64,000 nt of DNA from Eledone cirrhosa (taxonomy: Eukaryota): the NCBI GenBank assembly GCA_964016885.1, contig OZ024742.1, positions 21,390,001-21,454,000 on the forward strand, given 5' to 3'. The notes below the pieces were generated by a model. The model had not been told where the DNA came from and made no database searches. It saw nothing but the letters and a program-made list of their open reading frames with translations. Of this stretch, positions 1-13,497 are shown one piece after another; the stretch's first letter is position 1; every line of letters starts with the position of its first letter. A program made the translations under genes and the position numbers.

Positions 1-3000
1 CATGCTGCAACAATGGTGTCTGATGTTCTACTGATACTGCCACTCCATGCTGCAACACTGTTGTCTGATGTTCTACTGATACAGCCACTCCATGCTGCAA
101 CAATGGTGTCTGAAGTTCTACTGATACTGCCACTCCATGCTGCAACAATGTTGTCTGATGTTCTAATGATACTGCCACTGCATGCTGCAACAATGGTGTC
201 TGATGTTCTACTGATACTGCCACTCCATGCTGCAACAATTTTGTCTGATGTTCTACCGACACTGCCACTCCATGCTGCAACAATTTTGTCTGATGTTCTA
301 CTGATACTGCCACTCCATGCTGCAACAATGGTGTCTGATGTTCTACTGATACTGCCACCCATGCTGCAACATTGGTGTCTGATGTTCTACTGATACTGCC
401 ACTCCATGCTGCAACAATGTTGTCTGATGTTCTACTGATACTCCCACTCCATGCTGCAACGATGGTGTCTGATGTTCTACTGATACTCCGACTTCATGCT
501 GCAACAATGGTGTCTGATGTTCTACTGATACTGCCACTCCATGCTGCAACAATGGTGTCTGATGTTCTACTGATACTGCCACTCCATGCTGCAACAATGT
601 TTTCTGATGTTCTACCGATACTCCCACTCCATGCTGCAACAATGGTGTCTGCTGTTCTACTGACAACTCCCACTCCATGCTGCAACAATGTTGTCTGCTG
701 TTCTACCGATACTGCCACTCCATGCTGCAACAATGTTGTCTGATGTTCTACTGATACTGCCACTCCATGCTGCAACAATGTTGTCTGATGTTGTACTGAT
801 ACTGCCACTCCATGCTGCAACAATGTTGTCTGATGTTCTACCGATACTCCCACTCCATGCTGCAACATTGGTGTCTGATGTTCTACTGATACTGCCACTC
901 CATGCTGCAACAATGTTGTCTGATGTTCTACCGATACTGCCACTCCATGCTGTAACAATGGTGTATGATGTTCGAATGATACTGCCACTCCATGCTGCAA
1001 CAATGGTGTCTGATGTTCTACTGATACTGCCACTCCATGCTGCAGTGGTGTCTGATGTTCTACGGATACTGCCACTCCATGCTGCAGCAATGTTGTCTGA
1101 TGTTCTACTGATACTCCCACTCCATGCTGCAACAATGTTGTCTGATGTTCTACTGATACTGCCACTCCATGCTGCAGTGGTGTCTGATGTTCTACTGATA
1201 CTGCCACTCCATGCTGCAACAATGTTGTCTGATGTTCTACCGATACTGCCACTCCATGCTGCAACAATGGTGTCTGATGTTCTACTGATACTGCCACTCC
1301 ATGCTGCAACAATGGTGTCTGATGTTCTACTGATACTGCCACTCCATGCTGCAACAATGGTGTCTGATGTTCTACCGACACTGCCACTCCATGCTGCAAC
1401 AATTTTGTCTGATGTTCTACTGATACTGCCACTCCATGCTGCAACAATGGTGTCTGATGTTCTACTGATACTGCCACTCCATGCTGCAACAATGTTGTCT
1501 CATGTTCTACTGATACTGCCACTCCATGCTGCAACAATGTTGTCTGCTGTTCTACCGATACTCCCACTCCATGCTGCAACAATGGTGTCTGATGTTCTAC
1601 TGATACTGCCACTCCATGCTGCAACAATGGTGTCTGATGTTCTACTGATACTGCCACTCCATGCTGCAACAATGGTGCCTGATGTTCTACCGATACACCC
1701 ACTCCATGCTGCAACGATGGTGTCTGATGTTCTACTGATACTGCCACTCCATGCTGCAACTATGTTGTCTGATGTTCTACCGATACACCCACTCCATGCT
1801 GCAACGATGGTGTCTGATGTTCTACTGATTCTCCCACTCCATGCTGCAACAATGGTGTCTGATGTTCTACTGATACTCCCACTCCATGCTGCAACAATAT
1901 TGTCTGCTGTTCTACCGATACTGCCACTCCATGCTGCAACAATGGTGTCTCATGTTCTACTGATACTGCCACTCCATGCTGCAACAATGTTGTCTGATGT
2001 TCTACTGATACTGCCACTCCATGCTGCAACAATGTTGTCTGATGTTCTACCGATACTCCCACTCCATGCTGCAACAATGTTGTCTGATGTTCTTCTGATA
2101 CTGCCACTCCATGCTGCAACAATGTTGTCTGATGTTCTACCGATACTGCCACTCCATGCTGCAACAATGGTGTCTGATGTTCTACTGATACTGCCACTCC
2201 ATGCTGCAACAATGGTGTCTGATGTTCTACTGATACTGCCACTCCATGCTGCAGTGGTGTCTGATGTTCTACTGATACTGCCACTCCATGCTGCAACAAT
2301 GTTGTCTGATGTTCTACTGATACTCCCACTCCATGCTGCAACAATGTTGTCTGATGTTCTACTGATACTGCCACTCCATGCTGCAACATTGGTGTCTGAT
2401 GTTCTACTGATACTGCCACTCAATGCTGCAACAATGGTGTCTGCTGTTCTACTGATACTGCCACTCCATGCTGCAACAATTGTGTCTGCTGTTCTACCGA
2501 TACTGCCACTCCATGCTGCAACATTGTTGTCTGATTTTCTTTTGATACTGCCACTCCATGCTGCAACAATGTTGTCTGATGTTCTACTGATACTCCCATT
2601 CCATGCTGCAACATTGGTGTCTGATGCTCTACTGATACTGCCACTCCATGCTGCAACATTGGTGTCTGATGTTCTACTGATACTGCCACTCCATGCTGCA
2701 ACATTGGTGTCTGATGTTCTACTGATACTGCCACTCCATGCTGCAACATTGGTGTCTGATGTTCTACTGATACTGCCACTCCATGCTGCAACATTGGTGT
2801 CTGATGTTCTACTGATACTGCCACTCCATGCTGCAACATTGGTGTCTGATGTTCTACTGATACTGCTTCTCCATGCTGCAACAATGTTGTCTGATGTTCT
2901 ACTGATACTGCTACTCCATGCTGCAACAATGTTGTCTGATGTTCTACTGATACTGCCACTCCATGCTGCAACAATGTCGTCTGATGTTCTACTGATACTG

Positions 3001-6000
3001 CCACTCCATGTTGCAGTGGTGTCTGATGTTCTACCTATACTGCCACTCCATGCTGTAACAATGGTGTCTGATGTTCTGCTGATACTGCCACTCCATGCTG
3101 CAACAATGGTGTCTGATGTTCTACTGATACTGCCACTCCATGCTGCAACAATGGTGTCTGATGTTCTACTGATACTGCCACTCCATGCTGCAACAATGGT
3201 GCCTGATGTTCTACCGATACACCCACTCCATGCTGCAACGATGGTGTCTGATGTTCTACTGATACTGCCACTCCATGCTGCAACTATGTTGTCTGATGTT
3301 CTACCGATACACCTACTCCATGCTGCAACGATGGTGTCTGATGTTCTACTGATTCTCCCACTCCATGCTGCAACAATGGTGTCTGATGTTCTACTGATAC
3401 TCCCACTCCATGCTGCAACAATATTGTCTGCTGTTCTACCGATACTGCCACTCCATGCTGCAACAATGGTGTCTCATGTTCTACTGATACTGCCACTCCA
3501 TGCTGCAACAATGTTGTCTGATGTTCTACTGATACTGCCACTCCATGCTGCAACAATGTTGTCTGATGTTCTACCGATACTCCCACTCCATGCTGCAACA
3601 ATGTTGTCTGATGTTCTTCTGATACTGCCACTCCATGCTGCAACAATGTTGTCTGATGTTCTACCGATACTGCCACTCCATGCTGCAACAATGGTGTCTG
3701 ATGTTCTACTGATACTGCCACTCCATGCTGCAACAATGGTGTCTGATGTTCTACTGATACTGCCACTCCATGCTGCAGTGGTGTCTGATGTTCTACTGAT
3801 ACTGCCACTCCATGCTGCAACAATGTTGTCTGATGTTCTACTGATACTCCCACTCCATGCTGCAACAATGTTGTCTGATGTTCTACTGATACTGCCACTC
3901 CATGCTGCAACATTGGTGTCTGATGTTCTACTGATACTGCCACTCAATGCTGCAACAATGGTGTCTGCTGTTCTACTGATACTGCCACTCCATGCTGCAA
4001 CAATTGTGTCTGCTGTTCTACCGATACTGCCACTCCATGCTGCAACATTGTTGTCTGATTTTCTTTTGATACTGCCACTCCATGCTGCAACAATGTTGTC
4101 TGATGTTCTACTGATACTCCCATTCCATGCTGCAACATTGGTGTCTGATGCTCTACTGATACTGCCACTCCATGCTGCAACATTGGTGTCTGATGTTCTA
4201 CTGATACTGCCACTCCATGCTGCAACATTGGTGTCTGATGTTCTACTGATACTGCCACTCCATGCTGCAACATTGGTGTCTGATGTTCTACTGATACTGC
4301 CACTCCATGCTGCAACATTGGTGTCTGATGTTCTACTGATACTGCCACTCCATGCTGCAACATTGGTGTCTGATGTTCTACTGATACTGCTTCTCCATGC
4401 TGCAACAATGTTGTCTGATGTTCTACTGATACTGCTACTCCATGCTGCAACAATGTTGTCTGATGTTCTACTGATACTGCCACTCCATGCTGCAACATTG
4501 GTGTCTGATGTTCTACTGATACTCCCACTCCATGCTGCAACATTGGTGTCTGATGTTCTACTGATACTGCCACTCCATGCTGCAACACTGGTGTCTGATG
4601 TTCTACTGATACTGCCACTCCATGCTGCAACAATTGTGTCTGATGTTCTACTAACACTGCCACTCCATGCTGCAACAATGGTGTCTGATGTTCTACTAAC
4701 ACTGCCACTCCATGCTGCAACAATGGTGTCTGATGTTCTACTGATACAGCCACTCCATGCTGCAACAATGTTGTCTGATGTTCTACTGATACTCCCACTC
4801 CATGCTGCAACATTGGTGTCTGATGTTCTACAGATACTCCCACTCCATGCTGCAACATTGGTGTCTGATGTTCTACTGATACTGCCACTCCATGCTGCAA
4901 CACTGGTGTCTGATGTTCTACTGATACTGCCACTCCATGCTGCAACAATTGTGTCTGATGTTCTACTAACACTGCCACTCCATGCTGCAACAATGGTGGC
5001 TGATGTCCTACTGACACTGCCACTCCATGCTGCGACAATGGTGTCTGATGTTCTACTGATACTGCCACTCCATGCTGCAACAATGTTGTCTCATGTTCTA
5101 CTGATACTCCCACTCAATGTTGCAACAATGTTGTCTGATGTTCTACTGATACTCCCGCTCCATGCTGCAACAATGGTGTCTGATGTTCTACTGATACTGC
5201 CACTCCATGCTGCAACACTGTTGTCTGATGTTCTACTGATACAGCCACTCCATGCTGCAACAATGGTGTCTGAAGTTCTACTGATACTGCCACTCCATGC
5301 TGCAACAATGTTGTCTGATGTTCTAATGATACTGCCACTGCATGCTGCAACAATGGTGTCTGATGTTCTACTGATACTGCCACTCCATGCTGCAACAATG
5401 GTGTCTGATGTTCTACCGACACTGCCACTCCATGCTGCAACAATTTTGTCTGATGTTCTACTGATACTGCCACTCCATGCTGCAACAATGGTGTCTGATG
5501 TTCTACTGATACTCCCGCTCCATGCTGCAACAATGGTGTCTGATGTTCTACTGATACTGCCACTCCATGCTGCAACACTGTTGTCTGATGTTCTACTGAT
5601 ACAGCCACTCCATGCTGCAACAATGGTGTCTGAAGTTCTACTGATACTGCCACTCCATGCTGCAACAATGTTGTCTGATGTTCTAATGATACTGCCACTG
5701 CATGCTGCAACAATGGTGTCTGATGTTCTACTGATACTGCCACTCCATGCTGCAACAATTTTGTCTGATGTTCTACCGACACTGCCACTCCATGCTGCAA
5801 CAATTTTGTCTGATGTTCTACTGATACTGCCACTCCATGCTGCAACAATGGTGTCTGATGTTCTACTGATACTGCCACCCATGCTGCAACATTGGTGTCT
5901 GATGTTCTACTGATACTGCCACTCCATGCTGCAACAATGTTGTCTGATGTTCTACTGATACTCCCACTCCATGCTGCAACGATGGTGTCTGATGTTCTAC

Positions 6001-9000
6001 TGATACTCCGACTTCATGCTGCAACAATGGTGTCTGATGTTCTACTGATACTGCCACTCCATGCTGCAACAATGGTGTCTGATGTTCTACTGATACTGCC
6101 ACTCCATGCTGCAACAATGTTTTCTGATGTTCTACCGATACTCCCACTCCATGCTGCAACAATGGTGTCTGCTGTTCTACTGACAACTCCCACTCCATGC
6201 TGCAACAATGTTGTCTGCTGTTCTACCGATACTGCCACTCCATGCTGCAACAATGTTGTCTGATGTTCTACTGATACTGCCACTCCATGCTGCAACAATG
6301 TTGTCTGATGTTGTACTGATACTGCCACTCCATGCTGCAACAATGTTGTCTGATGTTCTACCGATACTCCCACTCCATGCTGCAACATTGGTGTCTGATG
6401 TTCTACTGATACTGCCACTCCATGCTGCAACAATGTTGTCTGATGTTCTACCGATACTGCCACTCCATGCTGTAACAATGGTGTATGATGTTCGAATGAT
6501 ACTGCCACTCCATGCTGCAACAATGGTGTCTGATGTTCTACTGATACTGCCACTCCATGCTGCAGTGGTGTCTGATGTTCTACGGATACTGCCACTCCAT
6601 GCTGCAGCAATGTTGTCTGATGTTCTACTGATACTCCCACTCCATGCTGCAACAATGTTGTCTGATGTTCTACTGATACTGCCACTCCATGCTGCAGTGG
6701 TGTCTGATGTTCTACTGATACTGCCACTCCATGCTGCAACAATGTTGTCTGATGTTCTACCGATACTGCCACTCCATGCTGCAACAATGGTGTCTGATGT
6801 TCTACTGATACTGCCACTCCATGCTGCAACAATGGTGTCTGATGTTCTACTGATACTGCCACTCCATGCTGCAACAATGGTGTCTGATGTTCTACCGACA
6901 CTGCCACTCCATGCTGCAACAATTTTGTCTGATGTTCTACTGATACTGCCACTCCATGCTGCAACAATGGTGTCTGATGTTCTACTGATACTGCCACTCC
7001 ATGCTGCAACAATGTTGTCTCATGTTCTACTGATACTGCCACTCCATGCTGCAACAATGTTGTCTGCTGTTCTACCGATACTCCCACTCCATGCTGCAAC
7101 AATGGTGTCTGATGTTCTACTGATACTGCCACTCCATGCTGCAACAATGGTGTCTGATGTTCTACTGATACTGCCACTCCATGCTGCAACAATGGTGCCT
7201 GATGTTCTACCGATACACCCACTCCATGCTGCAACGATGGTGTCTGATGTTCTACTGATACTGCCACTCCATGCTGCAACTATGTTGTCTGATGTTCTAC
7301 CGATACACCCACTCCATGCTGCAACGATGGTGTCTGATGTTCTACTGATTCTCCCACTCCATGCTGCAACAATGGTGTCTGATGTTCTACTGATACTCCC
7401 ACTCCATGCTGCAACAATATTGTCTGCTGTTCTACCGATACTGCCACTCCATGCTGCAACAATGGTGTCTCATGTTCTACTGATACTGCCACTCCATGCT
7501 GCAACAATGTTGTCTGATGTTCTACTGATACTGCCACTCCATGCTGCAACAATGTTGTCTGATGTTCTACCGATACTCCCACTCCATGCTGCAACAATGT
7601 TGTCTGATGTTCTTCTGATACTGCCACTCCATGCTGCAACAATGTTGTCTGATGTTCTACCGATACTGCCACTCCATGCTGCAACAATGGTGTCTGATGT
7701 TCTACTGATACTGCCACTCCATGCTGCAACAATGGTGTCTGATGTTCTACTGATACTGCCACTCCATGCTGCAGTGGTGTCTGATGTTCTACTGATACTG
7801 CCACTCCATGCTGCAACAATGTTGTCTGATGTTCTACTGATACTCCCACTCCATGCTGCAACAATGTTGTCTGATGTTCTACTGATACTGCCACTCCATG
7901 CTGCAACATTGGTGTCTGATGTTCTACTGATACTGCCACTCAATGCTGCAACAATGGTGTCTGCTGTTCTACTGATACTGCCACTCCATGCTGCAACAAT
8001 TGTGTCTGCTGTTCTACCGATACTGCCACTCCATGCTGCAACATTGTTGTCTGATTTTCTTTTGATACTGCCACTCCATGCTGCAACAATGTTGTCTGAT
8101 GTTCTACTGATACTCCCATTCCATGCTGCAACATTGGTGTCTGATGCTCTACTGATACTGCCACTCCATGCTGCAACATTGGTGTCTGATGTTCTACTGA
8201 TACTGCCACTCCATGCTGCAACATTGGTGTCTGATGTTCTACTGATACTGCCACTCCATGCTGCAACATTGGTGTCTGATGTTCTACTGATACTGCCACT
8301 CCATGCTGCAACATTGGTGTCTGATGTTCTACTGATACTGCCACTCCATGCTGCAACATTGGTGTCTGATGTTCTACTGATACTGCTTCTCCATGCTGCA
8401 ACAATGTTGTCTGATGTTCTACTGATACTGCTACTCCATGCTGCAACAATGTTGTCTGATGTTCTACTGATACTGCCACTCCATGCTGCAACAATGTCGT
8501 CTGATGTTCTACTGATACTGCCACTCCATGTTGCAGTGGTGTCTGATGTTCTACCTATACTGCCACTCCATGCTGTAACAATGGTGTCTGATGTTCTGCT
8601 GATACTGCCACTCCATGCTGCAACAATGGTGTCTGATGTTCTACTGATACTGCCACTCCATGCTGCAACAATGGTGTCTGATGTTCTACTGATACTGCCA
8701 CTCCATGCTGCAACAATGGTGCCTGATGTTCTACCGATACACCCACTCCATGCTGCAACGATGGTGTCTGATGTTCTACTGATACTGCCACTCCATGCTG
8801 CAACTATGTTGTCTGATGTTCTACCGATACACCTACTCCATGCTGCAACGATGGTGTCTGATGTTCTACTGATTCTCCCACTCCATGCTGCAACAATGGT
8901 GTCTGATGTTCTACTGATACTCCCACTCCATGCTGCAACAATATTGTCTGCTGTTCTACCGATACTGCCACTCCATGCTGCAACAATGGTGTCTCATGTT

Positions 9001-11171
9001 CTACTGATACTGCCACTCCATGCTGCAACAATGTTGTCTGATGTTCTACTGATACTGCCACTCCATGCTGCAACAATGTTGTCTGATGTTCTACCGATAC
9101 TCCCACTCCATGCTGCAACAATGTTGTCTGATGTTCTTCTGATACTGCCACTCCATGCTGCAACAATGTTGTCTGATGTTCTACCGATACTGCCACTCCA
9201 TGCTGCAACAATGGTGTCTGATGTTCTACTGATACTGCCACTCCATGCTGCAACAATGGTGTCTGATGTTCTACTGATACTGCCACTCCATGCTGCAGTG
9301 GTGTCTGATGTTCTACTGATACTGCCACTCCATGCTGCAACAATGTTGTCTGATGTTCTACTGATACTCCCACTCCATGCTGCAACAATGTTGTCTGATG
9401 TTCTACTGATACTGCCACTCCATGCTGCAACATTGGTGTCTGATGTTCTACTGATACTGCCACTCAATGCTGCAACAATGGTGTCTGCTGTTCTACTGAT
9501 ACTGCCACTCCATGCTGCAACAATTGTGTCTGCTGTTCTACCGATACTGCCACTCCATGCTGCAACATTGTTGTCTGATTTTCTTTTGATACTGCCACTC
9601 CATGCTGCAACAATGTTGTCTGATGTTCTACTGATACTCCCATTCCATGCTGCAACATTGGTGTCTGATGCTCTACTGATACTGCCACTCCATGCTGCAA
9701 CATTGGTGTCTGATGTTCTACTGATACTGCCACTCCATGCTGCAACATTGGTGTCTGATGTTCTACTGATACTGCCACTCCATGCTGCAACATTGGTGTC
9801 TGATGTTCTACTGATACTGCCACTCCATGCTGCAACATTGGTGTCTGATGTTCTACTGATACTGCCACTCCATGCTGCAACATTGGTGTCTGATGTTCTA
9901 CTGATACTGCTTCTCCATGCTGCAACAATGTTGTCTGATGTTCTACTGATACTGCTACTCCATGCTGCAACAATGTTGTCTGATGTTCTACTGATACTGC
10001 CACTCCATGCTGCAACAATGTCGTCTGATGTTCTACTGATACTGCCACTCCATGTTGCAGTGGTGTCTGATGTTCTACCTATACTGCCACTCCATGCTGT
10101 AACAATGGTGTCTGATGTTCTGCTGATACTGCCACTCCATGCTGCAACAATGTTGTCTGATGTTCTACTGATACTGCCACTCCATGCTGCAACAATGTTG
10201 TCTGATGTTCTACTGATACTGCTTCTCCATGCTGCAACAATGTTGTCTGATGTTCTACTGATACTGCTACTCCATGCTGCAACAATGTTGTCTGATGTTC
10301 TACTGATACTGCCACTCCATGCTGCAACAATGTTGTCTGATGTTCTACCGATACTGCCACTCCATGTTGCAGTGGTGTCTGATGTTCTACCTATACTGCC
10401 ACTCCATGCTGCAACAATGGTGTCTGCTTTTCTACTGATACTGCCACTCCATGCTGCAACAATGGTGTCTGCTTTTCTACTGATACTGCCACTCCATGCT
10501 GCAACAATGTTGTCTGATGTTCTACTGATACTCCCACTCCATGCTGCAACAATGTTGTCTGATGTTCTACCGATACTCCCACTCCATGCTGCAACAATGT
10601 TGTCTGATGTTCTACTGATACTGCCACTCCATGCTGCAACATTGGTGTCTGATGTTCTACTGATACTGCCACTCCATGCTGCAACATTGGTGTCTGATGT
10701 TCTACCTATACTGCCACTCCATGCTGCAACAATGGTGTCTGCTTTTCTACTGATACTGCCACTCCATGCTGCAACAATGTTGTCTGATGTTCTACTGATA
10801 CTGCTACTCCATGCTGCAACAATGTTGTCTGATGTTCTACTGATACTGCCACTCTATGCTGCAACAATGTTGTCTGATGTTCTACTGATACTGCCACTCC
10901 ATGCTGCAACAATGTTGTCTGATGTTCTACTGATACTGCTACTCCATGCTGCAACAATGTTGTCTGATGTTCTACTGATACTGCCACTCCATGCTGCAAC
11001 AATGTTGTCTGATGTTCTAATGATACTGCCACTCCATGCTGCAACAATGTTGTCTGATGTTCTACTGATACTGCCACTCCATGCTGCAACAATGTTGTCT
11101 GATGTTCTAATGATACTGCCACTCCATGCTGCAACAATGTTGTCTGATGTTCTACTGATACTGCCACTCCA
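1..11171. repeat. 45-bp minisatellite array (consensus CATGCTGCAACAATGGTGTCTGATGTTCTACTGATACTGCCACTC), about 250 units, continuing off the left edge
   Basis: Uninterrupted 45-bp periodicity with occasional 42-bp units (GCAGTGGTG variant). It ends abruptly at ...CTGCCACTCCA near 11171. All ORFs here are 15-aa translations of the unit. Confidence 0.98.
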
Positions 11172-11312
11172 CTATAATCACAAGTATTTACAAACACGAT
11201 GTATAACCCCCCCTCCCCCTACACTTCTCATAGATGGACGCCTGAAATAGTTTTAAAGGAACATTGATTAAGAACAAACGGGACCATGAAAATATATGTC
11301 AATCATGAAAAC

Positions 11313-11348
11313 AGTAGTAGTAGTAGTAGTATTATTATTATTATTATT
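11313..11348. repeat. (AGT)n-(ATT)n microsatellite, left flank of the LINE
   Basis: agtagtagtagtagtagtattattattattattatt. Confidence 0.9.
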
Positions 11349-11557
11349 GACGAAAGTGGATGTACGTTTTTTGAAGCTCCGTGAGTAAGCAATTTTTGAG
11401 GATTAATTGTAGAGAATTGTTTATTTTTTGTACCGCTGAAGCATTATAAGACATTAATTTGTATCCTGTGAAGGAATAACTCATAATATTTGGGCCTTTT
11501 GGCCCAAATATTTGAACTTTATTTTGAAAAAAATAATAATTTTTTTCTCAAAAAAAC

Positions 11558-13468
11558 ATGGCGGAGCCACGCCCCCTAGAGGCGGGTCTGCTGTAGTGCA
11601 ACGGCGACTTGAGCGTTGAGAGGAGAGGTGAGGCGAGGAGCGCCACCAGCACGAATGTGAGCAGCGACAGTGCCAGCACCAACGGGCCGAGCGGCGCGGA
11701 AGGTGGTAACAGCGACAACACCAACACCAACAAGCCGAACAGCGCAGAAGGTGGTAATAGCGAGAGCACCAACAAAACGAACAGCACAGAGAGTAATAGT
11801 AGCGACAGCAACAGCACCAACAAGGCCAACAGCACAGAGGGTAACCACGACACAGGGGAGAACAACAACAGCAATAGCAGCAGCAACACCAACAAGAACA
11901 ACAACAGTGACAACACCAACAAGAACACCTTCGCTGCTGTGGCAGCGGCTAAAAGGAGACCATGCTACAGCATCGACTTAACCAACAGAGAGGAAAAGTT
12001 GGCCCAGGCCTGGAAAATCATAAATCAAGAGCAGACCTGGGCAAACTTAACTGTCCCGGCAGAAGCCATTGAGGCAGTGGAAAAAAGAACGGTGCATTTC
12101 AGATGCATCTCAGTAGAGACAAAGAGGGCAGCGATAATCGCCCAAGCTGATATAGAAGCCGCACTGAAATACATCAGAGAGGACACAGACTTCATAGAGA
12201 GGGGCAGGCAATACGGCACCGTTTCGGTGCTGTTCAAGTCTGAAGCCCTCGCTGTGAAGCATTCAATGACCCCTTGCAAAACCAGCAAGGTTATAATGTA
12301 CCCCTCCCACATGGGAAAACGAATAGCACGTGTGCGCATTCCCAGGATTCCACCAGGACTTGATATGTGGTGGCTCCTGGGTTGCGTAATCGTGGAAGGA
12401 ACGGATACAGTCCCGGTAGAGGCAACGAGAACTGCCAGGGACGACTGGTCCGGGGTTGATCTGGAGATACTGCTCCAAATCAGACCCGAAAACGTAAAAG
12501 CAATCCCAGACCACATCCGCCTCCAAAACGGGAGGGTGTTGCATATAATGACCGAGGGCAAAAGGCCGCATTGTTTCCTTTGTGGGGAAACGACACACTT
12601 GCGAGCCTTCTGCCCTCAACTGCCGAAAAGCGCAAGGGGTCGAAAGATTCCACTGCTGGCGACGCCGGGACAAGAACCACCAGCAACACCGTCAACAATG
12701 GAACCACCAAAATTGCACACCCAGGGGGGAAACGAGGAAAGCTCTCCCATTCCCCCTCCCCCCCAAAATACACACACGAACAAGAACATAAACACTCACT
12801 CAGACACAAACACGCTCACAGCCACAGACCCCTCATCCTCCAGCAGTGAAGATGAGGGAAAACCAAAGTCCCCCAAAATACAAAAAACAAAACACAAAAA
12901 AAAAAGAAATCCACAAAGCACAAACACCCCCACAAAAAAAAATACACACACCACCCACACAAACATTTTCCCCACAGCATCACCAACACAACCACCAAAA
13001 TCCCCCAAACGCAAACAAGCTAAACAGACACAAGAACAAATAGACACACAAACATCAGAAACTACAGACACCCCACCCACAACAAACGCAGACACAATAG
13101 AAACAACACTAACAAAGCTATCACCACCACAATCACACGAACAAATAAAACCCGAGCAACAAAACATTAAAAACTTCGTGCTTGCCAGAAGGGCCAACAA
13201 GGAATTGATGGCCCATGTAGCACGAAGCACAAACATCGAAAAAGACGGGGAAACATTTGAAGCGAGCACATTTCGCGTACCAGATAATTTGCTTCTGATG
13301 CGAATGTCGCTCGCTTCATACAAAGAAATTCGAAAGAGCTTTCCTCGGGATGTGGGAACCCCGAACGTAAAACCCACGTCAAGACTATTAAAGGGGTTCC
13401 CAAAAGAAACCCCACAAACCATGGAGGTCGAACCACCCGACCTTCACAAGACCCCGGAAGGTAAGTAA
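11558..13468 (+). CDS. Tx1-like ORF1 protein (nucleic-acid binding, CCHC zinc knuckle)
   Basis: 619-aa open frame 11609-13468 with CFLCGETTHLRAFC (CX2CX4HX4C), an N/S/T-rich N-terminus and a P/T/K-rich C-terminal half. An in-frame ATG at 11558 is followed by TAG at 11594-11596. Confidence 0.8.
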
Positions 13469-13497
13469 ACCTTTCCTCTCCCATTCATCCTGCCAGC

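Noticed and set aside
1-11171. CRISPR array or real 1700-aa hydrophobic proteins
   Set aside because: There are no unique spacers or cas genes. ORFs appear in several frames on both strands simply because the 45-bp unit lacks stops in them.
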